Positions 47,268-60,015 of a DNA stretch of 64,000 bases are shown here, piece by piece. Under the pieces are notes generated by a model. The model worked only from the letters and a program-made list of their open reading frames with translations. It searched no databases and was not told where the DNA came from. The DNA is taken from NCBI GenBank assembly GCA_030167865.1, contig JALAGF010003586.1, positions 1 to 64,000 on the forward strand. The letters run 5' to 3'. Position numbers and translations under genes: made by a program. Position 1 is the stretch's first letter. Each line of letters begins with the position of its first letter. This stretch comes from Craspedostauros australis. Taxonomy: Eukaryota.

Positions 47268-49901
47268 ATGACATCTCTGACGGCAGGAGTCTCGGCTCAC
47301 AATCTCAGCATCAGCAATCACCAATCCTCAACACAGACCCACCACAGGAGACACTCGGAGGCAACCAGTCTTGGGACCTTTCCGCACAAGCAGACGCACA
47401 CTCAGAAGCAGACCCACATTCATCATAAAATCAGCAATACCAGCGGCCACAAGCACAGCAACAGCCACAACCAACCAAGGTCCATCACACCACCTTCGCC
47501 CATTCGATCCGCAGTCACAAGCCTGAACACATCAGCTCACAATCCATTCCAAAACCATCTCCAGCAGCAGCCGCAACAGCAACAGCACCAGCAACACCAT
47601 CAAAGGCATTCCACAGGAAACCCGTTCGAGCACAGCTACGCCAGTCCAACTCCCGCCACTCCCAAAAGAAAGATGAACGCAGTCCTCGCCCAGCGCACTT
47701 TCCACACTCCCCAAGTCTCATCGTCGGCAGCCACGACGGCCCCTCAATCGGCCCATGGACGCATGATGGCGGGACCCCACAACATGCACCAGCCGCAGAT
47801 GCAGAGCCCCAACCCAACGCGATACCACCTCGCGCCTCCGTTGACCATGTCCCCCGCTGTGCGACACAGCCATCACCAGAGGACCAGCATCCCGCTGCTC
47901 GATTCCACGTCGCGCAGCGAGCACAACCGACGCAGCGTCATGGCGGACACGCAGTCCCAGAGCCTGCACAATGTCCGCCACACGCCTTCGCGCAGCAAGC
48001 GGCCCATCAAGACGCCCACGGCAACGCCGATCCGCTCCTCCTCGCTCAAGAAGCCCGTCATCAGCGTGCCCGCCTTGCCGCTGCTGCCAGTCACGTCGGC
48101 GCACAACAACAACAGCAGCAGCAATAGCAACAACAGCAACAGCAACAACAGCAACAGCAACAACAACGCCACGACCTCCAAGCCGAGGCACAAGGGCAAG
48201 ACCAACTCGCTCGTCGGATTCGACCCCTTCCTGGATATGGGCAACATGTCCATGAGCTCTCTGCAATCGGAGCAGCAAACCCCCCAGCCGGTCACCAACA
48301 CCCGCACGACGACGAAGCACCATCGCAAGGGCGTTCAATCCTTCTGCATGTCGGATCTGCGATCGATCAGCCAGGATGCGATGGATCAGGAGGTGAAGGA
48401 GGGACGAGTTGCGGACTCTCGTACCGCCCCCAAGACTGCCACGATTGCGGAGAAGAAGACCACGTCTCCCGTCAACGCCAACAAGACCCTCCTGTCCGCG
48501 AGCTCCCACTCCACCGACAGCAACGCGTCGGCCAGCAAGAAGACCAAGAAGACGAAGACCAAGAAGCGCGATGTCAGCCCGCCCCTCAAGGGCAAGCTGT
48601 CGGCCGCGTTCTCTCGCCAAAGCAAGAAGACGCCCGCGGAGAAGCGAGGAGCCTCCACGTCTCCATCGCCACCATCGACGTCGGCGCGATCCTCCATCAA
48701 GAGCTGGATGAAGAAGGGACACCGCAGAACGCAGTCGCTCGAATCGAAGGACGCGCCAGCCTCCGCCGCTTCCGCCAAGGCAGCGCAGGCCTCCGATGCC
48801 AATGTCACCATGTACCCGACCGTCATCAAGGACCTCATGGGCCTCAAGATGGAAAAGTCGCCCGTTTCCACGCTGGCCAAGCCGCTTCCAACCTCCTTCC
48901 TCACTGGCAAGGAGGACGAGGTCGTCCGAACTTGCGAGGCTCAGCCGGATCCGCATCAGATCGACATCCCCGCCCTGCCCGAGTGCATCAACGCCGCGCA
49001 CTTGATCGAGTTCGTGGACAACTACCGTCGCATCGATCAGAACTTTGATCTGTCCCAGTGGAAGGGGCGCAGCCAGATGGAGCTCAACAACGACGTGCGC
49101 ATCCGCGAGCACAAGCCCATCCTGCAGTCCCTCATGGAATGCGGCGACGTCACCGTCCAGCACGTCATTGCCAAGGGACAGAACTGCGACGAGCAGCTCG
49201 AGGCCTGCATCTTCGAAGGGCAGCGCCATTTCACCGTGGTTTTCCGTGGAACCACCGAACAGCAGACCAAGCTGGGAAAGAAGAGCGCCAAGTGCGGCTT
49301 CCTCCCGCTCGACTCCGAACACGAGAATGCGCAGATCTTTGCCACGTTCAAGGAGGAGTACACCAAGATCGAGGCGGAATGCTTCACCCTGCTCGACGCC
49401 CTCACGGAGGAGAATCCATTCTGCGACATTGTCTTCACCGGCCACTCCTTCGGCGCCGCGCTGGCCACCATCGCAGCCTTCAAGTACTCCAACGCCCGCC
49501 CCATGGTGCGCGTCAGCTGCCTCACCCTGGCATCCCCCAAGGTGGGATCCGTCGCTTTCCGGCACGCCGTCAACTCCCAGCCCAACCTCAAGGTCATGCG
49601 GTTGGAGTACGGTCAGGATGGAAAATGCCAGGCCCCCGCCCACGTCGGTGTCCACGTCGGACACACGCTGGTGCTGCACGGTTCCATCGGCTCCAACTCG
49701 GTCAAGACCAGCTGCCCCATCGTCGCCTACAAGTTCGACACACCCAAGCACAAGAAGTTCAAGACCAATTACCCCGACCTGCGATCGTACGTCCACGCTC
49801 TCGAAGAAGTTCAGAGGCTGCGGCTGACGTGGGCCCGAGACTTTGTTGGTGCTTCTGGCAAGGGCGTCGTCGTCAACAACGAGAAGAGGTTGGTGGTCTA
49901 A
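47268..49901 (+). CDS. Class 3 lipase-like protein with long disordered, basic N-terminal region
   Basis: VVFRGT, IVFTGHSFGAALATIA (GxSxG), TLASPKVG, VGVHVG. Start uncertain (47268 or 47673). Confidence 0.85.
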   Translation: MTSLTAGVSAHNLSISNHQSSTQTHHRRHSEATSLGTFPHKQTHTQKQTHIHHKISNTSGHKHSNSHNQPRSITPPSPIRSAVTSLNTSAHNPFQNHLQQQPQQQQHQQHHQRHSTGNPFEHSYASPTPATPKRKMNAVLAQRTFHTPQVSSSAATTAPQSAHGRMMAGPHNMHQPQMQSPNPTRYHLAPPLTMSPAVRHSHHQRTSIPLLDSTSRSEHNRRSVMADTQSQSLHNVRHTPSRSKRPIKTPTATPIRSSSLKKPVISVPALPLLPVTSAHNNNSSSNSNNSNSNNSNSNNNATTSKPRHKGKTNSLVGFDPFLDMGNMSMSSLQSEQQTPQPVTNTRTTTKHHRKGVQSFCMSDLRSISQDAMDQEVKEGRVADSRTAPKTATIAEKKTTSPVNANKTLLSASSHSTDSNASASKKTKKTKTKKRDVSPPLKGKLSAAFSRQSKKTPAEKRGASTSPSPPSTSARSSIKSWMKKGHRRTQSLESKDAPASAASAKAAQASDANVTMYPTVIKDLMGLKMEKSPVSTLAKPLPTSFLTGKEDEVVRTCEAQPDPHQIDIPALPECINAAHLIEFVDNYRRIDQNFDLSQWKGRSQMELNNDVRIREHKPILQSLMECGDVTVQHVIAKGQNCDEQLEACIFEGQRHFTVVFRGTTEQQTKLGKKSAKCGFLPLDSEHENAQIFATFKEEYTKIEAECFTLLDALTEENPFCDIVFTGHSFGAALATIAAFKYSNARPMVRVSCLTLASPKVGSVAFRHAVNSQPNLKVMRLEYGQDGKCQAPAHVGVHVGHTLVLHGSIGSNSVKTSCPIVAYKFDTPKHKKFKTNYPDLRSYVHALEEVQRLRLTWARDFVGASGKGVVVNNEKRLVV

Positions 49902-50175
49902 GCCAAGTTCGGAGGATCGTATCAGAACAGAGAATGGATACCATCGACGATCAGATTGGTACAATAACTGTAACTTCCATAGAACAACCACAACATACAA
50001 CTGCGTGAAGTATTCCAATGTCCTGACTTCGCTGATGAAGAACTGGTAAACCAATTGTCGCCATTGTGTTAGAGTACATCAATACAAGCAGTGTATGCTC
50101 GGTCTAAGTTCTGTCTGTGTTAACGAATTCTACTTGGTACTATCTAAATGTGCTGTGCAGTACCCCATTCGTTCA

Positions 50176-53100
50176 TTACTTGCTGCCTACATCCTTTTTG
50201 GGTTTGAAAACGGCGAATTTAGGTGGTGGTGCTGCACCTCTTTTGGCGTTTCCGCCAGCACTGCCACCCATCGCCGGAGGCGGCATCATGCCAGCCGGAG
50301 TTCCAGGCAAGCTTGCTGGTCGCCTCGGGGCGCCGCGGCCTCGCAATGCCGACGGAGCTCTGGATGGCGGTGCCATCATGGCAGCCAGCGGATCGTTCGA
50401 TGGAGCTGCTGGGGCTGTTTGTGGCGCAGCTGCTCCACCCATGGGCGGTGGACCGACCGGCTTGGCGACCACGTCTGGATCTTCACCGGGGAACACCCAC
50501 ACCTTGCGCTTCTCGTCGTAGTACGCCTTCTCCGATTCCTCTTCCAAGGTCACCTGGTGGGCATCTGGATTGAGTAGCTTCACCATGGTTCCTCGGAATC
50601 TGGAGAACAATCCTCCGCTGCCACCGGATGCTGGCGATGGCTTTGTCGTGGGAGTGCTGACTGACTTGTTCCCATCCAAGTTTGCGGGAGCCGTGGCTGG
50701 CGCTGCCTTTGGCCTCGGCGCTGGGGTGCTGCTCTTGGATGTGTCGATAGGCGCGGGTGGTCCCTTCTTGCCAGGCATGGATGGAGATGGCGGCACGGAC
50801 GCAGGTTTGCCCATGCCCATAACCGGTGGAGCAGTCGCAGCCTTAGCCGCGGGGAGAGCTGCTGCTACACCAGCACCAGGAGAAGGCACCGCGGCCACGT
50901 TCATCATCGGGAGTGGTTTTGCGGCAGCCTGTGGAGGTTGCCTGCCTTTTCGACTTCGACTTGGAGATGGCGCGGAGACCTTATTGTTGGACATGGTTGG
51001 TGGCTTCATGAATGGAACATTAGCCACAGGTGGTACGCTGTCCCCTCCGATTGTTGCTGCTGCTGCCGGTGCTGCCACTGGGCCTGCCATGGTTGGCGGG
51101 CCCTTTCTTCCAGGCGTTGGACGCGAAGTGGAGGAGGGCGGCTTCATCTCGCGTGACTTCCTCTCGGGCGTTTCCAATGAATATCCCGAGCGATCCATCA
51201 GGTTGGTCTTCGCGGTGACGAACGAGACATCTGCGGGATTCTCCTCATTCTGATTTCCTCCTGCTCCCGTCTGGTTCGATCTAGGCATTGGTGGCTGAAT
51301 GGGCTGCGCGGGCGGAGCCGCTTGCACTTGCATCGGTGGCTGCTTTGCCTGTCCTGGCAACGCGCTGACCACTAGTGCTGGCTTGGCATCAGCGCTGACA
51401 CGACTTGGTTGCATCGGCTTCGTGGGCTTGGTGGCCTTCACGGACGAGGTCGCTGGTTTTTGGTTGTTATTGTTGTTGCTGCTGCTGCTCTTGTTGCTGC
51501 CACTTTTGCTGGGCTTTCTCTCCTTCTTGCCTTTGGGGGTTGGTTTTGGGGCTGTCTTCGCAGCAACCCCAAGTGTCTTTTCAAGATCCACCAGGGCTGA
51601 AGCAAACGCACCGGTATCCTTGAACACTTCCATTGTGGGGGCAGGCGTTGACGATGGTGCTCCTGATTTTGAAGCTGCAGCCGCATTGATGACCTTCGGG
51701 TTGACACACTTGCGGATGCTCTGCACCAGCGCCTGCGCCTCCATCTGCCTTCCGAATTGCATGAGATGCCTTGCATAGACGATCTTGAAGCACTGCAAGG
51801 ACTGGATCGCAGCCTTGCGATTTCCAAGTCTCTTGGCCCATTCGTACGCCTCGGTTCTTTCGTACGCCTCAAGCGCTTCGTCTGTCTGAAGCTCCAAATT
51901 GGACTGGGGTTTGTGAGAGCAACCGAGGAGTGCGACCCGGCAGAGCGGATCGGTGGGGTTGGAAATGGAGCTGTTGCTAACCATGAAGCAAAAGTGCGCG
52001 GCCTTGGTTTCGCCCAGCTGTTCCAACCGATCTCCGAATGATTGGACGATCAGTTCCCATCCGCTGGTACGGTTGGTCAATATCGAAGCGAGATGCTGCC
52101 GCCAATGACTTCGAAGGTCCTCTGCGCTGCCTCCCCAATTCATGCTACCGGCCGCCCTAGATGGTGGCGGCGCAAGATCTCCGTAAAACAGCATCGACAC
52201 TGTGTACAGCGGAGACCCTGACGCGAAGGAATGCTCAATGTACTGCTTCGCCGCCTCTCGGAAGGTGACATGATCTGACATGCTCGAAACGAGCAGCGCT
52301 GTGGCGAAATCGCCGGCTGCCAATGCTTGCTTGGCAGCCTCGGACCTCCTGCCTTGCACGACAAGCTCTTGCACGTCCTGCAACGCCTTCTCGTTGGCGT
52401 TACCATCTGTTCGAGACGAGAGCGATTGACCAGCATGTTTACATTTGAAACGAAAAAAAGCAATTTGGGCAGTTGGGTGAGAATGGGTGCTGTTACAATG
52501 GCGCCACGAGTTTGTCGCGCTCAATCAGTGTGCAAGCATTCTTCAACCAGTGCGATATGATCACACTCATACAACCTTGTGCTGCATATCACGCACTGCA
52601 GAAGCAACAATTCACAGACAAGAAGAATCAACATACCTGCTTCATGATTGCCGTTCGTATCGCCTGACTTGTTTGTTGCAGTGATCTTCGGCGTGGATTG
52701 CTTTTCGTCCGACGTCAGCAGGAGCTTGACAATCGCCGCCTCCGGGCTGCGTTTGTTCTCGGCTCCCTCATCGCTTCGAAGTCTGCCCTTGTATTTGACA
52801 GCGATGTACACCAGCCTCCAGAGCAAGTCATCCGCGTTCTGCGCCTTGTTCTTGATGAACGAGAATGTCTTGGGGTCGGGGGATGCTACCATCGAACCGA
52901 TGACGTCATGGTGCTTCTTTTCGCTCTCGTGCCGTTCAATCATGCCTTCGAGGCTCTCGCCAGTTGGTACTGTCGACATCGACGTCGGAATTGCTGCTGG
53001 CACCGGAGCAGCAGGCTTTGGCGCTGGTGGTGCTTGCGAGGTTGGTGGAAGCGACTTTTCGATCGCCGGTGCTGCTTCTGCCACAACTTCATCAGTCTTC

Positions 53101-56100
53101 TCATCGAGCTGCTGTGGTTGCGGTTGTGGTTGTGGTTGCGGCTCTGGCCCCGTTGCCTCCGCGGCACCATTTGGTCTCTCCCATGTCGTTTCTTGCGTGA
53201 TGTTGTTGAAGAAGTAGACCTGTCCCGTAGTTGGATCAATTTCCTCAAGCCATCCTTCTGGCAGACTGATCAGAGACGTGTCCATGGGCTTGACAGGACT
53301 GTCTTCGACTTGCGTGGGTGGGGCCGCCTCTGATGTCTCCGGCGCTGCTTGGCCAACATCCGAGGCTGCGGCTGGCTGCTCGTCCTCTGTATCACCAGAA
53401 ACTGGCTGTGCAGCTGGCTTTTCCCAGCTCGTTTCTTGCGTCTCCTCATTGTAGTAGTACACGCTTCCCGAGTTCGGATCGGTCACCTCAACCCATCCTG
53501 CAGGGAGGACGGCATCCGAAGGTGGCTCAGTCTCCGCTTCCGCTTCGGTTGTTGAGGGTGGAGCATCCGCTTCTGCTTCCACTGCTCCGACTTGAGCCCC
53601 ATCATCGACCGGGGCTTCAGGTTCAGCACCGCCTTCTTGCGTTGGTGGATCCCAGCTTGTCTCCTGAGTCAGTTCGTTGAAGTAGTACACGTTGCCGCTG
53701 TCAGGATCTTCAACTATGGTCCAGCCTTCTGGAAGTTGTGCCCCTTCAGTCGCGTCAGGCTCTACCAATGGTTCGGCATCGACGGCGGCATCAGCTTCAA
53801 CCTTCGGTGGCTCTTCCGTTGGTTCCTCGGCGGTTGGTGCTGCTGAAGCACTGTGGGTAGCATCTCCGCCGTCAGCGGCAGCAGGAGGACTCCCGATCAT
53901 ATCTTGACCTTGCGTTTCTGGTTTATCCCACCGCGTTTCTTGTGTCACTTCGTTGTAATAGTACACCTGTCCTGTCGCTTCATCAGCGACTTCAACCCAA
54001 CCCGCCGGCAATGCACTTTGTGGTGAGCCATCAGCTTCGACCTCTTCCGTAGCATCCTCTGGTTGCGGCTGTTGCACTTCAGGCGCGGGATCGGCAACTT
54101 GTTCGGGTTCTTGTTGCACGTCATCACCATCCGCAGCAACAGGCCTTTCCCAGCTTGTTTCTTGCGTGATTTCATTGAAATAGTACACCTGATTCGATGA
54201 GGGGTCAACTTGCTCCGTCCAACCTTCTGGCAATTCATCCTTGGGTTCAGCCTCGGGTTCGGCCTCGTCGCTCCCTTCAACAGGCGGGGATGATTCCGCT
54301 TCGGCTTCGGCTTCAGGTTTGACTGCAGATGAAACTTCCTCGGATGCTGCCTGTTGCTGATTCGGATTATCCCATGAGACTTCTTCGGTCTGCGTGTTGA
54401 AGTAGTACTTGTTCCCGGTACTTGGATCGGTCATCTCCACCCATTCATCAGGATTTTGGGCGCCGTTGGCTTCATTTTGTTTTGGACCTTCGTTGCTTGC
54501 GTCAACAACAATGTCTGGCTCATCGGTTTGGTTGGGATCGACCACCTCTTGTGGAGCTGGAGCTTCATCTGTCAACTCGGGAGCACCTTCTCCTGCGTCA
54601 TCATTGGCATCGGCCTGAGCACTCACCTCCATCTGTGGCAATTCCCAGCTTGTCTCTTGCATGACTTCGTTGTAGTAATATTGAATACCGGAGTCGGGAT
54701 CTGTCAACAAGATCCATCCATCGGGAAGCTTATCCTCCGTGGGTGGTGCATCCTCGGCTCCTTCTTGAGCAATCGGGGCAATAGGTTGATCCACAGCCAT
54801 TTCTTCTTCTTCGCCCTCAGAAGCAGCGGCGGCAGAAGGAGCAGAAGACTCTGACACATCAGTTGCAGGCTTCTCCCAGCTGGTTTCCTCGGTCGATGCA
54901 TTGTAATAGTACACCTGTCCACTGGACTCGTCAACGACTTCCATCCAGCCATCGGGAAGATGATTGCCATCATGAGCATCAGCAGTAGTAGCAGCAGCAG
55001 CAGCAGCAATATCATCATCTTGGGTTCCCTGCGGTTCTGGCTCATCAGCAGCCTCTGTTGCGGTGACTGGCTCATCAGCAACATCGACTGTCGCCTCCGG
55101 ACCATCTTGAGAATCAGGCTCTCCGGTTTCTGATGGTTGCGCCTTCTCCGTAGCCTCCGGGAACTCCCAGCTGCTCTCCATTGTACCTTCGTTGTAGTAG
55201 TACGTCTTGCCAGAATCAGGGTCCGTCAGCATCGTCCATCCTTCAGGCAGGTCCGATGGTGCTGCATCTCCTGCAACATCGCCAACTGGCTCAGCCACCT
55301 CTTCCTGAACTTCGCTCTCATTCTGTGCCTGTGTCTGTGATGGAGGGATCTCCCAGCTGGTCTCTTGTGTGGCTTCGTTGAAATAATACACGCTGCCTGT
55401 AGCTGGGTCAGGCACTTCAACCCAACCTTCAGGGAGCTTCGACGCAGGCTCAGTACCAGTCTCGCCCTCTGCGGAGGTGGGTGTTGTTGTTTCCTCCACA
55501 GGTTCGGTTGGAATAGGCTCTTGCTCTTGTTCGACATGCACCGATTCCTCGATCTCGGGCACATCCCATCTGGTCTCTTGTGTGGCTTCGTTGAAATAAT
55601 ACACGCTGCCCGTAGCTGGGTCAGGCACTTCAACCCAACCTTCAGGGAGCTTCGACGCAGGCTCATTACCAGCCTCACCCTCTGCGGAGGTGGGTGTTGT
55701 CTCTTGCTCCACAGATTCGGTTGGAACAGGTTCTGGCTCTTGCTCGACATGCACCGATTCCTCGATCTCGGGCACATCCCATCTGGTCTCTTGTGTGGCT
55801 TCGTTGAAATAATACACGCTGCCTGTAGCTGGGTCAGGCACTTCAACCCAACCAACAGGAAGGGCTGTTGTTGCTGTCGCTGGTGTCGTTGATTCGTCTT
55901 TAGCTTCGGTTTCTGCTTCAGCGACGGCATCCACTGCTGTTTCTGGTTCTGGCTCAGTCGCAGGCATGGTTGGTTGATCTGTAGCTTCTGCCGCCTCTGG
56001 CTGCACGTCTCCTTCTCCCTGCGATTCGGCTCCCTCTGAGGCCTCCTGAGGTGGTGGTTCCCAGCTGGTTTCTTGCGTGATTTCGTTGAAATAGTAGACG

Positions 56101-59100
56101 CTGCCAGAGTTTGGATCTTCCACCATCGTCCATCCGTCCGACACCGGGGCTTCTGCCAATGGTGGTGCTGGGACTGGTGTTTCGTCGTGCTCTTCTTCGG
56201 CAATCTCTTCGACAGCTGGCGGTTGCTCCTCTTCCACAGCAGCCTCGGTTGGTGGTGGGATATCCGTTGCATCTGGCTCCGCCAGTCGCGGCCCCTCCAC
56301 CGCAGGCTTGTCCCACTGCGTTTCCTGCGTGGTTTCGTTGAAGTAGTACACTTGTCCCGTGGATTCATCCGCCACCTCGATCCATCCTGCTGGCAATCCG
56401 TTACTCTCGGTGGTTTCCTCAACGGTTTGTTCAGGTTGCTCTTCAGTTGGTTCTGGTGCTGGCACGGTTGATGGCTCATCTACGGCGGTTGGTGCTACTG
56501 GCGGTGGCGCTGTTGCAGATTCAGGTTCAGCCACAGTTGGCTTTGTCCATGACGTTTCCTGGGTCAATTCATTGAAGTAATACACGTTTCCAGTCGATGG
56601 ATCTAGCTCCTCCGTCCAGCCTTCTGGAAGTGCATCAGTGTCTTTGGCAGCGTCATCTTCTGCTGCTGCTGCTGCTGCTGCCGTTGCCGCCACTGCCGCT
56701 GGCTCCTCTTGCTCTGTGGGCACATCTGCCTGTGGTTCCTCGTCCTCGGCAGCTGGTGCTTGTTCCACAGCTTCATTGGATGGTGGACTGTCCTCAGCAC
56801 ACGAACGCTGTGGTCTCTCCCAGTTGCTCTCCTGAGTTTCCTGATTGAAGTAGTACACCTGCCCGGACGATTCATCCAGGAGTTCTTCCCATCCATCGGG
56901 GAGTTCATCGTTGCTTGGTGCAGCGTCCTCTGTAGCATCCGGTTCATCTTCGGCTGGTTCATCAGCTGCAGCTGTTGGTGGCATCTCGTCTGCGACTGCG
57001 ACTGCGTCTGCCTCTGGTTCCTGGTGGTGGGTTGGCCGTTCCCACTGGGCCTCTTCTGTGTCGGCGTTGTAGTAGTATATCTGCCCGCTGCTTTCATCTT
57101 CGCGCTCCACCCAACCTGGCGGAAGATCGGACGTCTCCTCCTCCGCCGCCGGCACTGATGGTTGCTGTGGCTGCTGTTCGGTCGAATCGTCAACCTTGGT
57201 CTCCTCAACTGGTGGCGCATCATCTGTCGGTGGTTGCACATCAGGTTCAAATTGAGGTTCGGCTGTCGTTTCGTCGGGCTGAACAACAGCAGCAGCAGCA
57301 GCAGGAGGCGGAGCTGGACGATCCCAACTCGTTTCTTGCGTGATGCTGTTGTAGTAGTACTTTTGGCCACTTGGATCCTCGACCTCCATCCAACCCTCTG
57401 GCAACGCAGCGGGATCTGTTCCCGGCACCTCTTGTTCTTGTTCAGTCACGTCGAGTTGAGCTTCCGTTGCTTCCGGCTCCGTCGTTTCTGGTACAGCACC
57501 CACCTCAGCACTTGCGGGTTCCGCACTATCTTCCACAGTTGGAACTTCCGCAGCAGGAGCAGCAGCAATATCAGCAACTGGCTTCTCCCATGTGGTTTCT
57601 TGTGTATCGGCATTGTAGTAGTACGTGTTTCCAGTTGAGGGATCGACGCCAGAAGTCCAGCCTGGTGGCAAATCATCTGTGTCGTTAATGGCATCACCTT
57701 CTGCAGCGACATCATCCGAAGGAGTTGTTACGGTTCTTGCCGATGGTGTTGCTGTGGCTGTTCGTGCAACTGGCTTTTCCCACGACGTCTCCTTAGTCTC
57801 GGCGTTGAAGTAGTATGTCTCGCCAGTCTGTGGATCGGTTTCCTGGGTCCAACCGGGCAGCAAATCGCTTGCGTCCTTCGTTTCACCTGCCGGTTGCTCA
57901 TTCGGCTTGATATCGTTCTCCTCTGTTGCTGCCACGACAGGCGCTTCCGGTTGCACGGCAGCAGGCTCATCGTTGGTCTCTTCGGGCACATCCTTCTGAA
58001 CGGATGGTTTTTCCCAAGACGTTTCCTGCGTGATGCTGTTGTAGTAGTACACGCTTCCAGACGATGGATCAGTGACCTCACTCCACCCGGATGGCAGCTC
58101 TTCGGCCGCAACTGGCTCGTTGCTGACTTCTTCCGGTGCTGTTGCTGCTACTGTTTCTTCCACGGAGGTTGCTGGTGCGGCTGTGTCAGAAACGACAGCA
58201 GCAGTAGTGGCAGTGATATCCGCAGCACTCGGCTTCTCCGGTGTTGGCACTGCTGGTGCCTCCATCTCCGCTGGCTTCTCCCAGCTCGTCTCCTGCGTGA
58301 CGGAATTGAAGTAGTACGAACGTCCCGTGCTGGGGTCCGACAGTTCTGCCCAGTCCGATGTTTTGGCGCCGGTATCGGTCACTTCGGCAGACGATTCTGG
58401 TGGCGTGCCTGCAACTGGCTCATCCTTTTGGATCGAGGGTGCGGGCGCGAAATCCAGACGTGGTTGTTGGATGGAGGCGGGGATAGGAGATGGCTTTGAC
58501 ACTGACACTGATGCTGGTGGCTGCTGATGCTCCTCCTTGGTGCCGCTACCAGCGCTGGATGGCGGTCCTGGCGAGAATTTGGATCCCGGCGATGTGGAGG
58601 AGAAGGAAGATCCGCGTGGTCGGCGTGCCGGTGGCAGCTTGAACTTTGGCCTGTTGGTGCGTGGCGAGATCTGCGCCTTGGGTGGCAGCTTCAATGGACG
58701 ACGGCGCACCATGGAGGACAATCGACTCGTGGGCGTTCCGGCATCCTCCGCCGACGGTAGCGTTCCCGTGTTGTTGATCAAGGGCGTGTTGGGCGCAGCC
58801 GTGACGATCGGTTGCGGACGCGCGAATCCTTTGGGCGGTGCATGGGAACGGCCTCCTGGCGAAGGTGGCGGCGTGAGCCTTGCCTTCATGGGCACAGGCG
58901 GGCCCCCTGCGACTGGTGGTCCCGCCGCTGGTGGCGATGCATTGGTTTGGTTCGCCGAGGATGCCGAAGAGAAGATGGGTGGCGCGGAGGCCGAGGGCGT
59001 TGTGGCTGCTGCATCGCCGCCACCAAAGAAGGAGCCGGAGGCAGCATTCCTGGTGGACAGCGGCATGACTGGACGTGCGGCGGTCCGGTTGATGGTGGGC

Positions 59101-59258
59101 GGACCGACAGAGCGTGTGGAAAGCGGCGGCGCCACCTGTCCCATGGGCGGTGGACCGGTGGACATCGCAGGCGGACGGAGGTTGCGAGGAGGCGGTGCCC
59201 GACGCGAAGATCTGTTGGCCTGCGGCGGACCCTCCTGCCGTGCCGATTGGCTCCACAT
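50176..59258 (-). CDS. SEC16: Sec16-like COPII/ER exit site scaffold carrying 22 WW domains
   Basis: Exon 1 59258-52637, phase-1 intron 52636-52407, exon 2 52406-50176. Sec16 core LLWRLVYIAVKYKG, VQELVVQGRRSEAAKQALAAGDFATALLVS, WRQHLASILTNR, GDRL..AAHFCF, RTEAYEWA; C-terminal YYDEKRKVWVFPG. WW consensus LPxGWxxxxDxxxGxxYYxNxxTQETSWxxP. Confidence 0.85.
55358..55852. repeat. Near-identical 213-bp tandem duplication (about 2.3 copies) within the WW array
   Basis: tggtctcttgtgtggcttcgttgaaataatacacgctgcc recurs at 55358, 55571 and 55784. Confidence 0.92.
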
Positions 59259-60015
59259 CTCGCGTCTTCACTTGCTTCGCTCGTCTCTTCGTCCACGTGT
59301 TTCTGACTATGTAAGTTGTTGTATTAAGTTGTGGTTTGTTGTGAGTGTGCGGCTGTGGCTGTGGCTCTGACTGCTTGGGAATAATGGCACCACCCAATCA
59401 ATGACGATGATGATGTCTCCAAGAGAGAGAGTGAGTTGTGATCAATCGATGACCGAGTTGTGCGAACGCGATGCCATGCACCAACGCAAGTACCTTTGGT
59501 GGAGCACAGGATCCGCCGGACGCGCCACCCACGACAGCAACAACGAGAACAGACAAGGGACACACATGCGTTGGGAAATGACCGTCGCGTTGGTTGGAGT
59601 TCGCCGTTTGGGTTTTGCGACGCATCTTCGTGACGGTTGATGGCCGGACAAATACAGTGCCATCTAAACTGTCGGCCGGACAATCTGGATCCGCTCTGAA
59701 ATCGTCACCCAACTCCCCAACTCGCTCTGCAACGAAGTCGGTCCTATCGAAGGTGTAACGGGCATTCTGCGTAATGTCCAAGTTCACTCTGCTCTATTGA
59801 CACTGACTTGCACTCTCCGCTACTCACATGAGACAAGTTTCCAATGTTTGGTAGGGTCGATTTTTAGTGGTTATTTACTTTTGTTTGTTTGTTTCTTTGT
59901 TGTGTCAGGATCGAGTCGAGTACAATGGTTGTATAGTATTGTACTCGGGAAAGTGTTGTGTGGTGTGTTGTTGCTACTACCGCCGTCCATCGTGCTATCC
60001 GCGTTGATAACTGAT

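Noticed and set aside
47718-50054. 778-aa antisense ORF, and similar long antisense ORFs at 21052-22248, 38744-39856, 40589-41905 and 60187-61374
   Set aside because: They overlap well-supported genes on the opposite strand and carry no motifs; this is the usual shadow of GC3-rich codon usage.
55358-55852. Regularly spaced repeats resembling a CRISPR array
   Set aside because: Whole 213-bp units are duplicated in frame within a coding sequence, with no unique spacers and no cas genes, in a eukaryotic context.
5943-59258. Co-occurrence of trafficking genes (ArfGAP, ATG13, Sec16) as a functional cluster
   Set aside because: They are widely spaced among unrelated genes, which is consistent with chance.
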